This document shows positions 17,831 through 22,043 of a stretch of 22,043 bases of DNA, in pieces. The number at the start of each line of letters is the position of its first letter. Positions within the stretch are counted from its first letter, which is position 1. The DNA comes from Thermostichus sp. DRC_bins_24 (GTDB lineage Bacteria > Cyanobacteriota > Cyanobacteriia > Thermostichales > Thermostichaceae): assembly GCA_039794845.1 (NCBI GenBank), contig JAUQVK010000032.1, forward strand, positions 1 to 22,043, read 5' to 3'. The translations under genes and the position numbers were made by a program. The notes beneath the pieces are model-generated. The model did no database searches, was not told where the DNA came from, and was given only the letters and a program-made list of their open reading frames with translations.

Positions 17831-18853
17831 ATGCAGATCACCTGTCAGCCCGATAACCTCGTTTTTGAGGCCAATCCCCTACGCAGCGTCTTGGAGAATC
17901 TTCTGGAGGCGGGGGTGCGCCATGCCCATGCCTGTGGGGGAAATGCCGCCTGCTCCACCTGTCGCATCATGATTTTGGAGGGCAGCGAACATTGTCGCAT
18001 CATGACCCCTGCCGAAAAAAAGTTGGCAGAACGGCTGGATCTGCCTGTGCATATTCGGCTGGCCTGTCAAACCCGCATCACCGGGGATATCACCCTGCAG
18101 CGGTTGGTGATTGATAGCGAAGATCTAGAGGTGGCCCAACATCAACTGCAGGCTCAATCCATAGGCAGCCAAGTGCCAGCCGCCATTCTCAGCGCCTCTT
18201 TGCGGGGCATTGCCACCTTCGACGAAGACAACTTTCCCTACGACATTGTCTACACGCTGGGCCGCTACTTCACCCAAATGGGTGCTCTGGTGCAGCGCTA
18301 CCAAGGGGTTTTGGCCAGCCACAACGGCCTGAAAAGTATGGCTCTGTTTGGTCTCAAAAACTCGCACTCGCAAGAGGCAGTGCGGCATGCGGTGCAAACA
18401 GGGTTGGCCCTGCTCCAATCGGTGGCAGAGCTGAACACCACCCTGCGAGAACTCTCTTACCCCGAGGTGAACCTTACCCTCGGGATCCACTATGGGCCGA
18501 CGATTCTGCTCAATGTCGATCCTCAAGATCCGCAGCGGGTTTCTGCCTTTGGCAAGTCGGTGAATTTCGCCACCTGGCTAGAATCTGCCAATGTGGAGCT
18601 GAACACAACGTTACTGGTTTCTGCCCCCGTATACCAGGCTCTTAAGGAGCAGCTCAGCCAAGTGGAGGCCCATCCTTTGAAGCCTTCTCCACGTTCCCAA
18701 CCGATTCGAGTCTACGAAATTTCCCCCGGACAAGTCAACCTGCTATCGGATCAGGGCTTGGCAACGGGATCCCCTTCCGAAGATGGGGCTGGGCAACCCA
18801 CCGGCTGGCTACAAACATTGCGGGAATGGCTGCAAGCTTGGTCTCGCTTCTAA
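17831..18853 (+). CDS. 2Fe-2S ferredoxin domain fused to a class III adenylate/guanylate cyclase-like domain (catalytically degenerate)
   Basis: ACGGNAACSTC and RLACQ cluster ligands. Cyclase scaffold motifs PYDIVYTLGRYF, MALFG, GIHYG, G..VN.A..LE.AN and LLVS. Confidence 0.85.
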   Translation: MQITCQPDNLVFEANPLRSVLENLLEAGVRHAHACGGNAACSTCRIMILEGSEHCRIMTPAEKKLAERLDLPVHIRLACQTRITGDITLQRLVIDSEDLEVAQHQLQAQSIGSQVPAAILSASLRGIATFDEDNFPYDIVYTLGRYFTQMGALVQRYQGVLASHNGLKSMALFGLKNSHSQEAVRHAVQTGLALLQSVAELNTTLRELSYPEVNLTLGIHYGPTILLNVDPQDPQRVSAFGKSVNFATWLESANVELNTTLLVSAPVYQALKEQLSQVEAHPLKPSPRSQPIRVYEISPGQVNLLSDQGLATGSPSEDGAGQPTGWLQTLREWLQAWSRF

Positions 18854-18873
18854 CCCAACCCAACTGTTTCAGT

Positions 18874-20664
18874 TCAAGGGATCCGCACCACCTGTTGCTG
18901 TAAGTAAGGGATCCCCACCCGGTGGCAGTAGTCCCCAAAGGCTTCTTGGGGGTGTCGCTCCTGCTTGTAAAGCCGCAATAGGGATCCCATCAAGGGCACG
19001 ATTTGGTCGATGTGCACCCGCTCCTGATACACCTGAGCCAGGCGATCCCCCTCGGGGCTGGCCCCCAACCACACTTGATAGTGGTCTGGCGTGGATCCCA
19101 CCAACCCCAACTCCGCCAGATAAGGGCGTGCGCAGCCATTGGGGCAGCCGGTCATGCGCACCAAAAAGGGAGCATCCTGCAGGTCTAGCTCCTGTAACAG
19201 TCGATCCAATTGGCGAATTAAGCCTGGCAAAGCCCGTTCTGACTCCGTAATCGCCAGACCACAGGTGGGCAAAGCGGGGCAGGCCATGGCCAGACGCACC
19301 ATTGGGGGAATTTCCTCTTTGGAGAGCACCCCATGGGATTTGAGGATTCGGTTGATCGGATCCCGTTGGTGGTCTTCGATTTCTGTGAGCAATACATCCT
19401 GAGTGGGGGTGACCCGCAGCGGTAGAGCAAATTCTTCGGTGATGCGGCGCAGCGCCGTTTTCAGTTGCCGAGTCGGGCTGTCTTGGATGCGGCCATTCTC
19501 GATGGAAATGCCCAGAAACCAACGGCCATCCCCCTGTTCGTGCCAGCCCAGGTAGTCGTCGCTATTGGGCACAAATTTGGGCAGAGGTCGGAAACGCTGC
19601 AGCTTTTCCCCAACGTATTGCTGTACCACCCGGCGAAACTTGCGAATGCCCCAGTTGCGCACCAGATATTTCAGACGGGCCTGCTTGCGATCGCTGCGGT
19701 TGCCGTGATCCCGCTGAACTGCCAAAATCGCTTGACAAATCTGATGGACCGATTCCGGCGGAGCAAAACAAAGCTTTTGGGCTAGGAGCGGCTCGGTTTC
19801 CTCTTTGCCGTGGGTGCGGCCCATGCCCCCACCGACGACGATGTTAAAGCCCTTGAGGCGACCCTTGGGATCCGTGAGTACGATCAACCCCAGATCCTGA
19901 GAGTACACATCCACGGTGTTTTCCCCGGCCACGGCAATGGCAGCCTTAAACTTACGGGGCAGATATACAGGGCCATACAAAGGTTCGGGGCCGTCCACAC
20001 GCACCCCATTGCCGACAAACTCCTGTGCTGCCAGTACGTCCTCATCCACCGGCGGAACCGGGATGGGCTCGCCATCCACCCAAATGTCGTAGTAGGCGGA
20101 GGTCTTCGGGGCCAACAGATCCGCCAGCTTGCGGGCATAGTCTTGGGCATATCGGTAGGCAGGGCGATTTTTGTAGGGGGCGACCGGGGCCATCACGTTG
20201 CGGTTCACATCCCCACAGGCTGCCAGGGTGGATCCCATCTGCTGCAGAATGCTCGCCAGGGTAGCCTTGAGGTTTTTTTTCAGGATCCCGTGGAGCTGAA
20301 AGGTTTGCCGAGTTGTGGCTCGCAGGGTGCCATTGCCGTACTCATCCGCCAGCCGATCCAACGTCAGATAAAGCTGGGGGGGCACATGTCCGCCTGGGAT
20401 GCGGGTGCGCAACATCATCGAGTAGGCCCGTTCCAATCCCTGCTGCCGTCGCTGTTGGCGAGCATCCCGGTCATCTTGCTGGTAGGTGCCGTGAAATTTG
20501 AGCACCTGAATGGCAGCTTCGGAGAAGTGAGTGGTGTCTTGGGCCAGCTCTTCCAGCAGGGGATCCCGCAAAAAGTGGCTGTCTTCCTTGATCTGCTCGA
20601 CCTTAGAACGCTGTGCCAAGGGCACACTAGCGCGAATGGCTTCGGATGCGGCGACGGGGCTCAT
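18874..20664 (-). CDS. sir: Ferredoxin-dependent sulfite reductase
   Basis: KFHGTYQQDDRD, MMLRTR, TTRQTFQLHG, ACGDVNRN, YLPRKFK, and the siroheme/4Fe-4S ligands ACPALPTCGLA and TGCPNGCARP. GGAGG RBS. Confidence 0.96.
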   Translation of the reverse strand: MSPVAASEAIRASVPLAQRSKVEQIKEDSHFLRDPLLEELAQDTTHFSEAAIQVLKFHGTYQQDDRDARQQRRQQGLERAYSMMLRTRIPGGHVPPQLYLTLDRLADEYGNGTLRATTRQTFQLHGILKKNLKATLASILQQMGSTLAACGDVNRNVMAPVAPYKNRPAYRYAQDYARKLADLLAPKTSAYYDIWVDGEPIPVPPVDEDVLAAQEFVGNGVRVDGPEPLYGPVYLPRKFKAAIAVAGENTVDVYSQDLGLIVLTDPKGRLKGFNIVVGGGMGRTHGKEETEPLLAQKLCFAPPESVHQICQAILAVQRDHGNRSDRKQARLKYLVRNWGIRKFRRVVQQYVGEKLQRFRPLPKFVPNSDDYLGWHEQGDGRWFLGISIENGRIQDSPTRQLKTALRRITEEFALPLRVTPTQDVLLTEIEDHQRDPINRILKSHGVLSKEEIPPMVRLAMACPALPTCGLAITESERALPGLIRQLDRLLQELDLQDAPFLVRMTGCPNGCARPYLAELGLVGSTPDHYQVWLGASPEGDRLAQVYQERVHIDQIVPLMGSLLRLYKQERHPQEAFGDYCHRVGIPYLQQQVVRIP

Positions 20665-20670
20665 GTGCTT

Positions 20671-20696
20671 ATCCTCCGGTAATCCGGTCGGAATAC
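20671..20696. promoter_or_regulatory. Imperfect palindrome overlapping the sir RBS (possible repressor operator)
   Basis: atccTCCG-gtaatccggt-CGGAatac, i.e. TCCG-N10-CGGA. Confidence 0.3.
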
Positions 20697-20955
20697 CTGT
20701 GAAAACAAGCTATCACCTCGATTTGGCCGCGTCCAGTTGGAGACAAAGACGCAACATCTTGTTAAACAGCTAAACCTTAGCCAGGAAATCCTGCAGCACC
20801 TACTTGCCCATTGGAACCATACAACCTTTTCCGACTTCAAGCAGGGTCTAGAGCTTAAAAAGACCCTTGCCAGACATCGAATTTGCCTGGATCGGGAACC
20901 GCACGACCCGGAGGGGCATCGGCTGTAATAGATAGAGGACTCCGTCCTGCAACAC

Positions 20956-21005
20956 GTTCGCGTCTCTCCGTCACGGTGACGTAGGCGTAGCGTGCCCCTG
21001 GCACA
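20956..21005 (+). mobile_element. Nested very small dispersed repeats (SDR-like)
   Basis: GTTCGCGT[ctctccgtcacggtgacgtag-GCGT]AGCGTGCCCCTGGCACA. The outer element ends in a GTGCC-cct-GGCAC hairpin; the inner 21-nt palindromic insert is flanked by duplicated GCGT. Confidence 0.55.
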
Positions 21006-21076
21006 GCTTTAGAAGAAGACGAGAGTAGCCCGACATATGCCTTACATCAGAAATAGAAAACCCAGAGTTTTTCTAG

Positions 21077-21550
21077 ATGATCGAGACCGTTTACATCGAG
21101 ACCAGCATCGTAGGCTATCTCACAGCCAGATCAACCAAGAATCTGATCCTAGCAGCCAATATAGAGGTCACTAGGGAGTGGTGGGAGTCTCGTCGGGGGG
21201 CATTTACACTCTATATTTCAAAAGTTGTCCTGGATGAAGTGGGACGGGGAGATCCTGATATCGCAGCTAATCGTCTAGAAATCCTCAAGGGAGTGCCCCT
21301 AGTTGAACTCAATCAGGCTGTGCAGAGCCTAGCAGCCCAATTTCTATCCCGTAGTAATCTTCCACCCAAAGCTGCTGATGATGCTGTTCACATTGCTGCT
21401 GCTACAGTCCACGGCTTGGATTACCTGTTAACCTGGAATTGTAAACATATTGCAAACGCACAGATTCAGAGAAAACTGGGGGAAATCAGCTTTGATTTCG
21501 GATACCAATTACCTGTGATTTGCACACCCTACGAACTACTGGGAGAGTGA
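21077..21550 (+). CDS. PIN-domain (VapC-like) toxin
   Basis: VYIETSIV, S..V..EV, DAVHIAAA, DYLLTWNCKHIAN and ICTP.EL motifs. Confidence 0.9.
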   Translation: MIETVYIETSIVGYLTARSTKNLILAANIEVTREWWESRRGAFTLYISKVVLDEVGRGDPDIAANRLEILKGVPLVELNQAVQSLAAQFLSRSNLPPKAADDAVHIAAATVHGLDYLLTWNCKHIANAQIQRKLGEISFDFGYQLPVICTPYELLGE

Positions 21551-21553
21551 GCG

Positions 21554-21781
21554 ATGTGGGAAAATGAGATCCTAGAGGAGATTCATAAGATTCGTGAGGA
21601 ACATGCCAAGTCTTTTAACTACGATTTGGATGCGATGTTTGCAGACTGGCGAAAAAGACAATCAGAAGGCGGAAGAGAAGTCGTCAGTTTGCCGCCAAAA
21701 CGGAGCCAAGTAACCCGCTGGAGTGCAGGGGGAAAAGCTCTCGGTGGGAATGTCGAGAATACCAGCCACCCTTCAGCTTAG
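21554..21781 (+). CDS. Small putative antitoxin/partner of the PIN protein
   Basis: Begins 3 nt after the toxin stop with a GGAGAG RBS. MW.NEILEEIHKIREEHAKSFNYDLDAMFAD matches the pattern of small partners of this PIN subfamily. Confidence 0.7.
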   Translation: MWENEILEEIHKIREEHAKSFNYDLDAMFADWRKRQSEGGREVVSLPPKRSQVTRWSAGGKALGGNVENTSHPSA

Positions 21782-21790
21782 CCAGTAGAA
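21705..21790 (+). other. Degenerate integron attC-like site
   Basis: GCCAAGT-aaccc-GCTGGAGT...CTTCAGC-ttagcc-AGTAGAA has R''/5-nt/L''...L'/6-nt/R' spacing, with complementary L boxes and eroded R boxes. Confidence 0.55.
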
Positions 21791-21821
21791 AAGCTAAGCA
21801 AGTCTGAATCTGCCCCGCTCT

Positions 21822-22043
21822 TTAACTGGCCATTGCCAAGCGGGCGCTGTATTCCTCCGCCGACCCAATCTGCCAAGCAGAGCCGCCTTGTAACTCCAGG
21901 ACGATATCGTGATAGGCCAACAGGCTGGGGCGATGACCGACACTGATGTAGGTGGTGTTCAGGTGTTGCAGTTGCAGGTAGAGGAGCTTTTCATTGGCCA
22001 CATCCAGGGCGCTGGTGGCTTCGTCTCAAATGGCCTAGCGCGG
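21822..22043 (-). pseudogene. 3' end of an ABC transporter ATP-binding domain (YddA/ABCD-like) with two in-frame stops; 5' part lies outside the window
   Basis: Translation PR*AI*DEATSALDVANEKLLY...TTYISVGHRPSLLAYHDIVLEL shows Walker B, D-loop and H-loop. Stops at 22035-22037 (TAG) and 22026-22028 (TGA). Confidence 0.75.

Larger units (their letters stand above)
262..20567. repeat. Dispersed octameric palindrome GGGATCCC (HIP variant)
   Basis: More than 25 copies counted by eye, e.g. 262, 522, 1509, 2817, 6895, 8541, 8574, 10849, 14981, 18981 and 20560. Only one GCGATCGC was noticed (19687). Confidence 0.9.

Noticed and set aside
19810..20682. 290-aa plus-strand ORF
   Set aside because: Antisense shadow of sir.
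20737..20928. 63-aa ORF divergent from sir, containing an imperfect hairpin at 20841-20870
   Set aside because: TTG start, no clear RBS and no recognisable family. It may be a gene remnant but cannot be supported.

Overview
A mostly housekeeping chromosomal segment from a cyanobacterium. The frequent GGGATCCC palindrome and near absence of canonical HIP1 (GCGATCGC) point to the hot-spring Synechococcus/Thermostichus (Yellowstone JA-type) lineage. Gene order: disrupted DUF3095 gene, adenosine deaminase-family gene, isoaspartyl peptidase/asparaginase, ndhD1, chlD, DUF2993/LmeA-like protein, membrane histidine kinase, fur, lgt, TPR protein, OmpR-type response regulator, Uma2 endonuclease-like protein, cruG, STAS anti-anti-sigma factor, SDR, putative lipoprotein, membrane-anchored TPR protein, 2Fe-2S/class III cyclase fusion, sir, a PIN-toxin/small-partner pair, and the 3' end of an ABC ATPase with two in-frame stops. 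No rRNA, tRNA, CRISPR array or transposase was seen. The most notable items are: (1) the PIN pair ends in a decayed integron attC-like structure, so it may be a fossil gene cassette; (2) the ferredoxin-cyclase fusion has lost its catalytic residues; (3) tiny SDR-like elements are nested inside other small repeats at two places; (4) chlD carries an in-frame C24 homopolymer; (5) FurA has no intact CXXC motif; (6) the DUF3095 gene looks internally deleted. All calls come from reading the sequence by eye; no database search was run.
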